A DNA stretch of 63,996 bases, filler included, from Chrysochromulina tobinii (GCA_001275005.1; 6 parts of 6 records of this genome joined end to end with filler, not necessarily neighbours in it); one strand, 5' to 3'; shown: positions 1 to 11,760, counted from the first letter of the whole stretch. Translations and numbers: made by a program. Notes: a model not told the origin generated them from the sequence alone.

Positions 1-505
1 AAGCTGCGGATCACCATGCCAGAGCGAGTCGCGAGGGCACAGCCACAGGCAGCAGCATCGAGGTGGCTCGCAGACTCAATCAGATCAAACGCTGCAGCGC
101 AGCAGGCGCGCGCACAAGCAGGCGACCGTCGGCGGGGTGCCGCGAAGCACGATCGCTCAGAACGGCGTTTCGCCGGAAAGAAATCTATATTTGGAAACGG
201 CGAGCGACCGCGGCATCTTCATGAGTCAGACAGTTTCATTGCGTCATCCTTCAACCCCTTTCGCTTGATTCACACTTCCCACCCGAGCAGACACGACATG
301 ACACGACGTGTAGTTGCGCGCGCGGTCTTCCAGGCACATTGACATTCGAAACATCGAACATGAGCCTTACCCTATTGGTAGTTTAAAAACGAGATACGAG
401 TGATGAGAATCGTTTAGGACTGGAGAACCAAGCAAGCATGCTTGCAAGAAGCAAGAGTCGCATGCGCGCGCTCGTCCAGGGCGAAGCCCATCACGAGCTC
501 AAGGC
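1..505. repeat. Partial dispersed repeat, inverted relative to 11190-11760
   Basis: 1-215 is nearly the exact reverse complement of 11550-11760; patchy similarity continues to a sharp shared boundary (GAGCTCAAGGC at 495-505 / GCCTTGAGCTC at 11190-11200). Confidence 0.85.
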
Positions 506-886
506 ATTGAATTTCGCACAAATCGCACCCAACTCATCACAATCCGACAACGCGAAAACGCGACATGCGACCACGATTGGAGATCAAACTCGTTCGCTTC
601 ATGGCGCTCCTTACGTAAATCGGGGGTGACGAGTTGCGTACTGCTCAGTGCTCGGCACGCTAGTACAGTGTCGTGTGTTATGTGGTGTACGTTGACGGTG
701 ACGTTCAAGGACATACGGGTTCAACGCAGTCTGAGCGAGAACAAGAAGTGAACTACCGTACTATACGTATTATAAATTCATACTCGACTTGTACCCTGAT
801 CCCTACACGCCTACAGCTCTACACGAGCTGTACGGACTGCGTGTTCTCATCTCTCCTGACCTGTTGCCGCGTGTCTCTCATCTCTC

Positions 887-917
<31 letters not shown>

Positions 918-1100
918 CCCTCTCTCTCCCTCACCAGCGCTGTGGCCCCGGGGACACAATAGCCGGTGCGTCTCTGGGTGGGCAGGGCACGATCTCTCGC
1001 CTTCCACAGGGCAAGAACCACACGATCTCTCGCCTTCGAGCCCTCAGCCGTTGGCCGGCTGGGAGCCCGTTTGCACGCGCCGTACTGAGCGCCCACGGTC

Positions 1101-3496
1101 TCACTGGATGTGATTGTCACGACCGCCGCCCATCCCGTCGTAACATACCTTGAGGTCCTCCCTCGCGTTCCGGATCTCGTCGCGAGACTTGAAGCTCGCG
1201 TTCGGCATGCCGTACACGTGGACGGACTCAAGGCTCGGGAGGGCGCCTCCCCGGAGGCACTGCTCGATGATCTTCATCCCTTCATCAGTCAGGTGGTTCT
1301 TGCTCAGCCAAAGTTGCCTGCACTTGGGCATGTCGGTCTGCGAGAGCACCGCGCAGAGCGCGCGCACCTCGTCATCGCCCCACCCATTCCCCATCGTACA
1401 AGAGAGCGTCGAGGGACGGGAACGCGGCGTTGAAGAACGCCTCGTACGCCGCAGCGAGCACCTCGCGGTCAGCGTCCCGGACAAAGGCCCTTGCTCTGAG
1501 GGCGGCGGCAAAGGCGGCGGGAAGCAGAGGCGGCGTGTTGAGCGCCCGGCACGACTCCACCAGGGGCTCCAAAAAGGGAGCTTCCTCCCCACCCTCATCC
1601 TCAAACTTGGAGACATCGATCACCATGGTGGGCGGCTTCACCAGCCGCGCCACACACGACTCGAATAGCGACCATCCCAGCACCGCGTACGCGGCGGAGG
1701 CTGCGCCGCTCGCATCCACGTCCGCCGGCAGCGCAGGCAGCAAGAGCACGGGGATGGCAGTGTAGCCGTAGATGGACGCAAGCCCGTGCAGCGCCCGCTC
1801 GTACCGCTCGCCATCGCCGGCGGGCGGCGACACGCTGCAGTACGGCAACAGCACGCCGTATGAGCCGCCGTCGTCCTCCACAAAACTGTCCAGCACGCGC
1901 CCAAGACGGCGGAGAAGGACGCCTGTCGGGTCCGGATGCTCACCCGACAGCCTCGGCATCGACACAGCGAGCACTCGAAGCGTGTTCTCGAGCGAGCCGT
2001 AGCTCTCCCGCTGCAGCCGGCTGACGTCGAAGAACGCGCCCTCAGGCAGCGCGTCGCGCCCGACGAGGCGGCCACCCTCGGCCTTCGCCAGTGCAACCAG
2101 GAACCGAGCGTCCACGAGTCGAATGGGCGCCTCGGACGGCTCGCCTCCGACTCCGAGCGCCTCGTCGAGCGTTCGTACGCCTTCGTCCTCCTCCGTCAAC
2201 TCGAGCCACGCCTTCATCTTGGCGTCCGCGTAGTCAGCGTCGCCCTCCGCGGCCGCGGCCGCCTGCTCTGCGCACTCCTGCACGACGGCTGCCACCTCCT
2301 CGAAGATGGAGGACTCATCTGCATCTTGGGCCTCTGCACCGGCCCAAGGCAAGGGAGGCGGACCTGCACGTGCCAAGAGGATGTGATGAGTGAGGCAATC
2401 ATGCGATGAGGGAGGCAATCATGCGATGAGGGAGGCAATCAAGGAAGGCGGACCTGCACGCGCCACGAGGATGCGATGGGGAGGCAATCAAGGAGGCCCT
2501 CAGAAGCGCAATCAGAGGCGCAATCAGAGGCGCCATCAACTCGCCTGCCGACGCCTCCTTCGCCGTCTCGAGCTGATCGCCGACCAGGGTTTCGTCATTC
2601 GCAGCAAAGGTCTCGAGGGGGCCTACCTTCACCTCCAGCTCGCCTTCGTGCTCAACGATGTTCACGACGAATCTGCTCTCCTCATTGACGAATCTGCTCT
2701 CCTCATTGACGAATCTGCTCTCCTCATTGACGAATCTGCTCTCCTCATTGACGAATCTGCTCTCCTCATTGACGAATCTGCTCTCCTCATTCATGGGGGC
2801 CTCAGTAGGAGAGTCTGGAGTGGGCTCGGATGCTGCTGCCGCCGGCTCCGGCTCCGCCGCCGCCGGCTCCGGCTCCGCCGCCGCCGCTGGCTCCGGCTCC
2901 GGCTCCGGCGTCGGCTCCGGAGGCATCGGCAATGGCGTCGGCACCGGAGGCATCGGCTCCGTCTCCAGCTCGGTATGAGTCGGCGTGGGTGGCTTCTGTG
3001 CGCCGCGCCGGCCGCCCGTATCAAAGTCTTCCGTGTCCAATGCCACCGCCACCGAAACACGAGGCGACGGAGGCACGGGAATGGGTACAAACTTGATCGG
3101 CGGTGCCGGTGCCATGCCTGCGTCTTCCTCGTTTGACGAGGCCTTGGTTTTGGAGGCTAACGATTTTTTCATCGCCCCTTCAGCTTTTGTGGCCGCGGCG
3201 CGAGAGCTCGAGGTCCCAGCAGCCGACGCCGCGGCGCGAAAGCTCGTGGCCCCAGCAGCCGATGTGGCCGCAGTGCGAACGCTCGCTTGCCCGGCGATCG
3301 GCTTCTTCCGGTCGGTGCCATTTCCTCGTGCGGACGACACCTTGCTCTCGGAAGCCTTGGCTTTCGAGGTGTCGATTTTCAACGGCGCAGCTTTCTTAGG
3401 AGCCCCGCCACGCGGGGATGCAGCCCGAGCCGGAGGCGCGTTTCGCGGCGACCCAGCCCGAGGCACACCCGACGTGCCGAGCGCCTTGGGCGACAT
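1101..3496 (-). CDS. Low-complexity N-terminus + degenerate HET-like domain + C-terminal LRRs (one intron, one apparent frameshift)
   Basis: ATG 3496; ORFs 2399-3661 and 1372-2418 join via a phase-1 GC-AG intron 2544-2364. PIRLVDARFL...VSMPRLSGEHPDPTG...GWSLFE resembles algal HET-like domains. An extra G near 1390 shifts into the LRR frame (GWGDDEVRALC, LWLSKNHLTDEG). Confidence 0.65.
2364..2544 (-). other. GC-AG intron containing GATTGCCTCCCTCATC repeats
   Basis: CAG|GCGAGT donor and GTGCAG|GT acceptor join two long ORFs in phase 1. Confidence 0.75.
2667..2790 (-). repeat. 21-bp coding tandem repeat (NEESRFV x6)
   Basis: GACGAATCTGCTCTCCTCATT repeated about 6 times. Confidence 0.95.
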
Positions 3497-3701
3497 TGTA
3501 AGCCGCGGCCGTCCACAAAGGATTTGCGAGGTTGCGATTTGCGATTGGATTTTGGCGAGAAAAAAACATGATTCGATTTGCGAAAAATAAAAGAAACCTC
3601 CGCCCGCCTGCCGAGGGCCTGCTTCTACGAGGACATTCACATTCACTGCCTGCAGTATCACATTTCACTGCCTCGGACCCATCGCGAGCGCCGCCATCTC
3701 C

Positions 3702-6700
3702 ATGAGCGCGCCTCCGTCGCCCGAAGAGGCCGCGCGCACGGTTGAGCAGGCGTCGCTCGCCTTCCTAAACGCGACGACTGCCACGGAGCGTTCCGCTGCG
3801 GAGCGCTGGCTACTCGAGATCCGCAAGTGGCCGCAGCCGCTTGCGTGCTGCCGCGAGCTGCTGCTGCGCTCGATGGTGGGCTACGCCAAGCTGCAGGCCC
3901 TCATCATGATGCGCGAGTGCCTCGGCACGCAATGGCCGATGCTTTCGCCTGCTGAGCGCTCCGAGCTGCAGCAGCTGCTGCTCCGCCTGCTCGCCGAGGG
4001 CTCCGTGGAGCCGTATGTGCGCGCGGCCGCCGCGCAAAACCTGGCGGTGCATGCGAAGCACGATCTGCTGCACGCGCTGCCGCCGGCCGGCAGCGCGGAG
4101 AGCGGTGCGCCGGCCGTCGCGCTCGAGACGCTGCTGCAGGCGGCGACGCAGATGCTCGAGGAGCCGAGCGGCGCGCATGCACCCGCAGCGCTCGAGATCG
4201 TGCATGCGACGCTCAGCGAGTTTGGCGCGCCTTCGTCGGGCGTCGTGGGCGGTGCGCTGCCCTGGTCGATGCACGCGCGCGCGCGCGCTGCCTTCCAGAC
4301 GCACCATCTGCTGCGCGCCGTGCACGTCGGCCTCGGCCACCTGCAGAGGCTGTACCCAGTGCCGCCACCTCTCCCGCCACCGTTGGCACGCACGCTCGCG
4401 CAGTGTGCAACGGTGCTCTCGAGTGCATTCTCGTGGGACTTTGACGGCGTAGGCGAGGCCGCGGCCGTGGGCGATGCGCGCCCCGGGCTCAACGCGATCG
4501 TAGTCAAACCTCCGAGCGGCGCGCCCGGCACGGCGCGCGGGTGGATGGAGCTGCTTGGCAGATCGGATCTCGCCGCAGCAGTGCTCCAACTGCTCGCCGC
4601 GCATGCACCTCCGCCGGGTGCGGGGCCGGTCGGCGGCGGCGGCGCGGCGGGTGCGGCGGCCGAGGAGCTCGCGCACAGCCTGCGCCAGCTGCTCGTGATG
4701 CTCTCCTCGGTCTCGCGTCGTGTCTTCGACGACGACGCGAACTATGCCACGTACGCGGCGACGCTGCTTGGTGGCATCGCCGAGCTGCTCGCGACAGCGC
4801 CTGCAGCCGTCGGTGGGCCGGCGCGCGCGGTGCGCGGCGAGGCCGCCTTCCGCGATGGGTGCGTCGCGCTGCAGCGGCTCATCGTGTGCGCCGGCGCGGA
4901 GGCGCTCCTCGCGCTGCCCAACACGACGCTCGAGGGCGCCGTGCGGCTGCTGCATGCCTCGACGATGCACACGGTCTCGTGTGCGATGCAGCCGCCCGCG
5001 GCGGCGGCGGAGGAGGAGACCGATGCGGCGGCGCTTCTCGCGGAGGCGCACGATGTGCTCCTCGACGGGTGGGTCTCTCTGCTCCACGGCACCGGAACGC
5101 TTCGGCGCCGCCCGCCTGCCCTCGACGATGCCGCGTACCACGTGTACGAGGCCTGCGTGCGCGCCAAGCTGCATGCCTCCGCTCAGGCGGCGGCGCTCTG
5201 CGCGGAGGAGGAGGTGGACGACGGCGCCGAGGACGCTGACACGGAGCGGGAGCGTCTGAGTGCACTCTCGGTGCTCGGGAGGGCGCGTGTGCGCTCCGCG
5301 GTCCCACTGCTACTCAGCGCGCTCTCGACGAGCGGCGCCAATCTGCAGCAGTACTGCGAGCTTGTGGCGAGTGGAGGGCCGGCGGCGGCCGCGCGCGCGG
5401 GCGTGAGCGCCGCCACGCTCGAGGCGACGCTCGAGGAGCTAGACTGCCTGGTTGCCCTGTCGGGCCATCTGATCGCCGATGCGCCCGAGGCAGGCGAGAC
5501 GGCAGAGCCGCCGCCGGAATTCGCCGCCTTCGACTCGCCGATGAGCCCCGTCGCGGGCGGCGCGGGCGGCGCGGGGGCCGAGGAGGCGGCGGCGGCGGCC
5601 TCGGGCCACCCTGTGGCCGCGCTGAGCGAGGGAGTGCTCCGAGTGCTGCGCCTGCAGCTCCAAGCCATCTGCACCTACGACGTGCCGCCCGCCGCCTCGC
5701 CCCTTGCCTCCGCGCTCTCGCCGGCGCTCGGCACCTCGTTACTGCACTTTCTGCGCCGGTTTGCATGCTGCTACCTCATGCCCGACGAGGCGACCTGCTC
5801 GGTGCTCTCCCCCACTCTCCTTCGGCTCTGGGGGGGCGACACGCCAGGCGCCGCCGGGCTGCTCACCCTCTGCGTCGACGCGGCGGTCGTGTACCTGCAG
5901 CGCTGGCCTTTGGAGGCTGACGTGGCCGAGGAGGCGTGTACTCTCCTCGCTGCACTCGCTCGACTGCGCGCGCCGCGCCGGGGCCCTGCCCAAGCGCTGA
6001 GTGCCCTCCCGTCGTGGCGTCAGCTCGCCGGCGCGCCACCCGCCGCGCTGCCGCCGAAGGCACAGCAGCTCCTGCTTGAAGGGCTGAGCCGCGCCGCCGC
6101 GGCGATCGCCGACGATGTGACGAGGGACGCGACTCTACGGACGCTCATCGCACCGATGCCCGCACGGCTGCAGGCGATCGCCTCTCGCGCGGGCGGGAGT
6201 CCGAGCTCCTTCTTGATGCGACCTGACGTGAGCCTCGAGGTGCGTGCATGCTGTGCGAGCCTACGAGGCATCGCGCTCTCGTGCTGCCGCGAGACGGTCG
6301 CGATCACCGCGGAGGGTCTCGGCCCTTGCCTGCAGCAGCTGCTGCACATGGTGCCAGCGTACGCGCCGGCCGCCGAGCCGCTGGCCGCGCTGCTCAAAGT
6401 GCACCGCGATCTGGCACGCACCGCCGCGCCTCTGCTGCCGCCGCCCGCCGCGCAGGCCTTCGCGGAGCACTGCGCGCATCTCGTGCAATCGTATGCCCAG
6501 CATGCCCCCGAGGAGGCGGCGGCTGGCAGCGGCGGCGGCGGCGGTGGCGGCCGCGGCCGCGGCGGCGGCGGCCCGATCTCCGAGGTTGAGCTCGAGGAGC
6601 ACCTGCGGTACAAGCAGATCAAGACGCTGCTACAGATGCTCACGTACCTCGCCGAACGCGACGTGGACAGGGACGACGCGCAGTACGAGGCGGGCTACAC

Positions 6701-7313
6701 GCACGCGCTCGGCATGGCGCTCTCGGCGTTACTGCCGTGCGTCACCGAGCCCATGTTGCTCTACCCGAAGCTCAGCGTTGCCTATTTTGGAACGCTCTCC
6801 GCCTGGCTTGAGGGACGGCCTCTCGCCGCCGTCTCGATGCCCCCGCCCCTCTACGAGGCTGTCCTCGCCTCACTGCGCTTCGGATTCGCCCATCACGACG
6901 CGTCCATCTGCCGGGGGGCGCTCGAGACGGCGTTCGAGCTCGCGCGCCGTGCGGCCGATCACGGGCACTCGGCGGCTCCGATGGAGGCGCTGCTGCGACA
7001 GCTGCTCGAGCGCGTGGCGGCCGACCTGCTCACCTCGCGACTCCATCCAGAGGTGATCGAGCCCGCCGGTAGCAATGCGCTGCTCGCGCTCATCGTCGCG
7101 CAGCCCGCGCACTGGCAGGCGCTCGTGGCGGCGCTCGTCGGGGCGCAGCCGAGCGCGGAGGCAGCCGAGCGAGCCGCCGCGCTCTTTGGCGCGCTCCTCA
7201 CCTCGAATGGCGTCACGGCCACGCTCGCCCGGCCCAATCGCACGCGCTTCCGCGCCAACCTCGAAGGGCTGCTGCGCGGAGTGACGGCGGCGAATCTTGT
7301 GCTTCCGCAGTAG
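3702..7313 (+). CDS. XPO4: Exportin-4-like karyopherin (importin-beta family HEAT repeats)
   Basis: 1203-aa helical ORF; N-terminal ERSAAERWLLEIRK...AKLQAL, GHLIAD, LSPALG and C-terminal LLYPKLSVAYF segments resemble exportin-4. Confidence 0.75.
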   Translation: MSAPPSPEEAARTVEQASLAFLNATTATERSAAERWLLEIRKWPQPLACCRELLLRSMVGYAKLQALIMMRECLGTQWPMLSPAERSELQQLLLRLLAEGSVEPYVRAAAAQNLAVHAKHDLLHALPPAGSAESGAPAVALETLLQAATQMLEEPSGAHAPAALEIVHATLSEFGAPSSGVVGGALPWSMHARARAAFQTHHLLRAVHVGLGHLQRLYPVPPPLPPPLARTLAQCATVLSSAFSWDFDGVGEAAAVGDARPGLNAIVVKPPSGAPGTARGWMELLGRSDLAAAVLQLLAAHAPPPGAGPVGGGGAAGAAAEELAHSLRQLLVMLSSVSRRVFDDDANYATYAATLLGGIAELLATAPAAVGGPARAVRGEAAFRDGCVALQRLIVCAGAEALLALPNTTLEGAVRLLHASTMHTVSCAMQPPAAAAEEETDAAALLAEAHDVLLDGWVSLLHGTGTLRRRPPALDDAAYHVYEACVRAKLHASAQAAALCAEEEVDDGAEDADTERERLSALSVLGRARVRSAVPLLLSALSTSGANLQQYCELVASGGPAAAARAGVSAATLEATLEELDCLVALSGHLIADAPEAGETAEPPPEFAAFDSPMSPVAGGAGGAGAEEAAAAASGHPVAALSEGVLRVLRLQLQAICTYDVPPAASPLASALSPALGTSLLHFLRRFACCYLMPDEATCSVLSPTLLRLWGGDTPGAAGLLTLCVDAAVVYLQRWPLEADVAEEACTLLAALARLRAPRRGPAQALSALPSWRQLAGAPPAALPPKAQQLLLEGLSRAAAAIADDVTRDATLRTLIAPMPARLQAIASRAGGSPSSFLMRPDVSLEVRACCASLRGIALSCCRETVAITAEGLGPCLQQLLHMVPAYAPAAEPLAALLKVHRDLARTAAPLLPPPAAQAFAEHCAHLVQSYAQHAPEEAAAGSGGGGGGGRGRGGGGPISEVELEEHLRYKQIKTLLQMLTYLAERDVDRDDAQYEAGYTHALGMALSALLPCVTEPMLLYPKLSVAYFGTLSAWLEGRPLAAVSMPPPLYEAVLASLRFGFAHHDASICRGALETAFELARRAADHGHSAAPMEALLRQLLERVAADLLTSRLHPEVIEPAGSNALLALIVAQPAHWQALVAALVGAQPSAEAAERAAALFGALLTSNGVTATLARPNRTRFRANLEGLLRGVTAANLVLPQ

Positions 7314-7531
7314 GGAGTCCCCAATGATGAGCATTTCGCTTGCGCCCCCCACGATGGGTCTCCACGGGACCTGTGGTTGTGCGTCTTTCCGAGATGGCAA
7401 TTTAACGTGAACGTGAACGTGAACGTGATGAGCATAGATGAGTTTATCCATTAAGAATTCACACCGAAAAATCTCCGCGGCCATTAGGGCGCTCGGTTTT
7501 TGTCGTCATCAAAAACCTGCTCATCAACATC

Positions 7532-8027
7532 ATGTCAGCCATCCTTCGCGTCCTCGTCTGCTTCTTCGCGACTGCCGCGGCTCTCAAGGTCAACCCCAGC
7601 TCCAAGATCGAGGCTGCCAAGAGCAAACTCCCGCTCGCGCAAGTCTTCGCGGCCGCTCAAGTGTTTGCGGCGGACAATGGTCGCGTGATCGAGGATGTCG
7701 AGGAGAACCCCATGGTCCAGCACATGAAGGACATCTACCTCGCGGCGAAGGATCGCAAGGCCTGGTACGCATGCCATCTCGCACGCCTCTCACTCGCGTA
7801 GAAGAATGATGCACTCGTCCCACAAAAGATCCTCGCTCACGAGTACGCATGAGCCTCGAGACTAACGTGGCCTCTTGCCCCTTGCTCACAGGTGCGCTGA
7901 TCGCTGCCTTGCCACGGGCTACTGCGATGTCCTCGAGGACATCTATGAGATGACCACCGCGCAGGTGATGAAGTTTTGCGAGCACTGCACGGGCAACGAC
8001 GAGTGCGAGCTGTCATACGCGAACTGA
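7532..8027 (+). CDS. Small signal-peptide-bearing Cys-rich protein (2 exons)
   Basis: Hydrophobic N-terminus; intron 7765-7891 (GTACGC...ACTAAC...CACAG) gives WCADRCLATGYCDVLEDIYEMTTAQVMKFCEHCTGNDECELSYAN*. Confidence 0.7.
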
Positions 8028-8573
8028 TGACCGCGTTGCACACAAAGTTGGCCCCCGCCGTACGCCGACCACATGACAGTCGAACATGCATTCAAACGAC
8101 ACATCGGGCGGGCGGCTCCGAGAGCTGCATGGCATGAATCGTCTACCGGATCGACGTGTCGCGAGACCACGCACAATCTCTGGTCTCTCGAGAGCTCTGA
8201 ACTCAAGTTGCGCGTAAAGGCTGAGGAGCGCCCTGGAGGGCGCACATGAACTGCAGTGGGAAAACCCTCGCACTGTGTAGAAGGGGACTTGGGGGCTTAT
8301 CTTTGGTTGGTCCGAATACATAGCGCGTGTTGAAAGCTCTACGTAAGCTGGGCGGGGATGGGCTCGGATGGCATCCCGGAACTCATGGCAGCGCGGTCGA
8401 CTAGCCGCTCTACAAAACAGGCCATGGGGCTAATCAGACCTCGACTTAAGCTTCTAAGGGTTCGTGTTGTGGCGGGTTGATCCAAGAACACAATCCAATT
8501 GCGAGTTTACTCAGTGGCGGACCAAAAATGGTAAGGAACTACAGTACCATGCGCCCACGTCGAGACGTCGACC

Positions 8574-9491
8574 ATGTCGAAGGCCTGCGTCCCTCGCGCG
8601 GGAGCTCTAGGCCCGATTTCCCAGCAAATCAGCCACCAGTTACTCGCCGAGATCTTCTCCATGCTGCACGACAGAGACCTCGGGCGCGCAGCTAGCGTGT
8701 GCACCGACTGGCGTGCGGCGGCGAGAGAGCCGGGTGTATGGCGGTCAGTGTTCCGAGAGATGTACGGCGCTCACAGCGAGAGCTGGGCGCCGGAGCACAT
8801 GCCGGCCACGCCGTGCGATGACGAGGTCGCACTCTGGCGCAACCGCTGCGAGATGCGCGCGCGCGCTGATGCCTCCCGCCTCGCGGGCGAGTGCCACTTC
8901 CGCACGTGGCCCTTTCGTGCGGAGGCCACGACCGCCGGCTTCTTCGTCACGTGCATGAGCATCGACGGGCCGTGGCTGGCGCTCGGCCAGGCGGATGGCA
9001 AGACCTCGCTCTTCAACCTGACGAGCGACGCTGCCGACCAGCGCCGCTGGTGCGAGGGCTCCTTTGGCGAGTTTGGTCGGTATTCGGTCCCCGATGAGTT
9101 TGCCGCTGTGATTGACGTGCACGTGTGCGCGCTGTGTGGGATGGTGACGACGCTGCATTCGCTCGGAGCAATCCTCGTGCGCTCGCTGCGCACGGGCGCG
9201 GTGCTTTACTTCGTCGACGGCCTCGCGCCCGAGTTGCTCGTGCACGTCGACGAGCACATCTGGGCGTTTGCGAACAACACGGAGACGTTGATCCGTGTAG
9301 CGTCGCTCCGGCGAGTGTGCCTGTACTCGCCGGAACGGGCGGGGCCCGAGGCGGCGGGGCTTGGGCTGCGTCTGGTGGCGTTCGGCGATGCGGATGAGGA
9401 CGACTTGGCGGCCGAAGCGGAGGGGGATGTCGGCGGCGGTGGAGGTGACGGCGGCGGCGAAGGGGGCGGAGGAGGAGGCGATGGAGGAGGA

Positions 9492-9555
<64 letters not shown>

Positions 9556-11204
9556 GTGGTGGTGGAGGAGGAGAGCTCAAATCTGAGGCACAGCGTGTGC
9601 TCACCATTACCTGGGAGCTGCCCCCGCCCTCTGCCGCCACCACCGTGGCCGCGATGGCTGCAATGTCGGAGTGCACATCTCTCATGAATCTCCGCTTCCA
9701 TCCAGGCGAGGCGACCGACGAGAGCGTCTCCTCCGCCTCCTCCTCAGACAATCACCTGTTGGACGCCGACAAGGCGGCGCAAGCCATCCTCGAGGCCGCT
9801 ACCAACGCTGTACGCAGCGCAAGAGCAGGTGGCAGTGCCGAAGGGTTCCGTGAGGCGAGCCAGGCCGTGAGCACGGCCTTGCGCACTTACTTGGCGCTGG
9901 GCCCCACCCCGCGCTTGCTCCGGCAAAGGCGCGGGCTGATGTCGGAGCAAGCCGGCGTCGTGGCGGAGCTCTGGACGCCCGCGGCGGGCGCCTGGCTCAT
10001 ACTCCTCTTCGACGTGTTCACACACGCGCCGCTCGGCGTGGTTCCGCTGGACATTGGTCCCCAGCTGCGGACAGACACGTTTGTCTGGCCGATGCACGTG
10101 TGCCTGTTTCGTCGGTCGGAGCAGCCGCAGCTGGCTGGGCGCCGCTGGTCCCTGCTGGTACACACGAGGGAGCAGTTTCGTGACGGAATTGCCCAAGAGC
10201 ACGAGCCACTCTTACGGTGAGCGCTGATTGCCCCTGAGTGGTGCCTCTGAATGGTGCCTCTGAATGGTGCCTCTGAACGCCTCTCGATTGCGTCCCTCAT
10301 CAGGCATTCGGACAGCCTCATTCACGTCGATCTGCTCTCGCCCGTGTCTGCCGAGGAGCTGCGCACCGCCGCGCCGCGCAAGGCCGTCTACCATAAGGGG
10401 GGGCAGGCTTCGGCAGCAGTGCATCAGAATCCGGAGCAACTTCGGATCGAGGCAGCGGGTGGCGCGCCACTGCGCGTGCTCCGCGTGCAATCGCGCCGCC
10501 TCAATGCCTTTGGCGTCAGCATAGGTCTATCCCCAAGCTGGGGCGCCTTTGACAGGCATCGCTCGCCCTTCCTGCCGGCCATGTCGATGCTCAGCTCGCC
10601 GTCGGGCGAGCTCAGCAATCTCGGGCACAAGCTGATCGATCTCGATGCCAATCTCGAGATCATTTTGGCCTATGACGATGACGACGGCGTGACCAGCCAC
10701 ACGGCGTTTGGCCAAGGTGGCTGCACGTGCACCGACCTGCAGCTGGCTTACGCGAGCTGCAGGAACCTCGATCCCGAAGGCGGTGGCTCTGCGCGCAAGT
10801 TCACGTCGACGCCGCTGCCCCTCGTGTGGGCCGAAGAGCCAGCCACGACAGTCCACGACATGCCTCAAGTAATGCTGGCGGAGAACGACGTGGTGGCACT
10901 CCGGTGCTGGCGGCTCTCCAACGACTTCCCACACGAGCCGGGGGGGTACCTGTGGGAAGAGTCCAGCAGCGTGCTACGCGGCTGGCATGCGGCTGCCGAG
11001 TTGCGCCGGTTGAACGACGGGAAGCTGATGCCGCTCCACTTCACCCGGGATCCGAGCGACACACGCGATGAGAGGGAGGCGATGCTATCGACCTCGACCT
11101 GGCGCCACCTGGTCGTCATCGATGCGATCGGGGTGCACGTGCTCGACTTTTTGCCGCGCGCGTGCTGGAAGCGCGCGCAGAAGGACGCGGCCTTGAGCTC
11201 GTGA
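8574..11204 (+). CDS. F-box protein with WD40-like region and poly-Gly tract (2 exons)
   Basis: QLLAEIFSMLHDRDLGRAASVCTDWR F-box motif; phase-2 intron 10217-10303 joins ORFs 8574-10220 and 10251-11204. Confidence 0.8.
10217..10303 (+). other. Intron of the GATTGC...CCCTCATCAG family
   Basis: GTGAGC donor, TGGTGCCTCTGAA x3, ends GATTGCGTCCCTCATCAG; restores the reading frame. Confidence 0.8.
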
Positions 11205-11760
11205 TGGGCTTCGCCTTGGACGAGCGCGCGCATGCGACGCTCTTGATTCTTGCAAGCATGCTTGCTTGATTCTCCCGTTAACGCTCCAGTCCTAAACGTT
11301 TCTATACTACCCGTATTAGGGTTAAGGTTCCCTACCCACCCCATTTAAGGGCCGGCTTATCGATGTTTACGAATCGCCTGGAAGACCGCGCGGCGCGCGC
11401 GCAACACGTCGACCGTGTTCTCGGGTGGGAAGTGTTAATCAAGCGAAAGGAGTTGAAGGATGAAGCTCATCAACGACGGGGGACCGCGACGAAACTGACT
11501 TACCGCCTGAAATGCCGCGGACGCTTGCCAATATGTATTTCTCGTTAATGCCGCGGACGCTTGCCGTTTCCAAATATAGATTTCTTTCCGGGAAACGCCG
11601 CTGAGCGATCGTGCTTCGCGGCACACCGCCGACGGTCGCCTGCTTGTGCGCGCGTCTGCTGCGCTGCTGCGTTTGATCTGATTGAGTCTGCGAGCCACCT
11701 CGATGCTGCTGCCTGTGGCTGTGCCCTCGCGACTCGCTCTGGCATGGTGATCCGCAGCTG
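11190..11760. repeat. Partial dispersed repeat, inverted copy of 1-505
   Basis: See 1-505; supplies the last codons and the TGA of the F-box ORF. Confidence 0.85.

Noticed and set aside
669..960. Possible solo LTR with a CT microsatellite
   Set aside because: No convincing TG...CA termini with TSD and no second copy in the window.
1381..1395. Frameshift in the HET-like/LRR gene as programmed recoding
   Set aside because: One extra G in a homopolymer; sequencing error or simple lesion is more likely.
3810..7484. Many long antisense and alternate-frame ORFs over GC-rich genes (also throughout the window)
   Set aside because: Expected shadow ORFs at high GC; Arg/Ala/Pro-rich with no motifs.
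9491..9570. Long GGC run (also 57467-57560 and 62141-62195 simple repeats)
   Set aside because: Ordinary coding microsatellites giving poly-Gly or Ser/Thr tracts.
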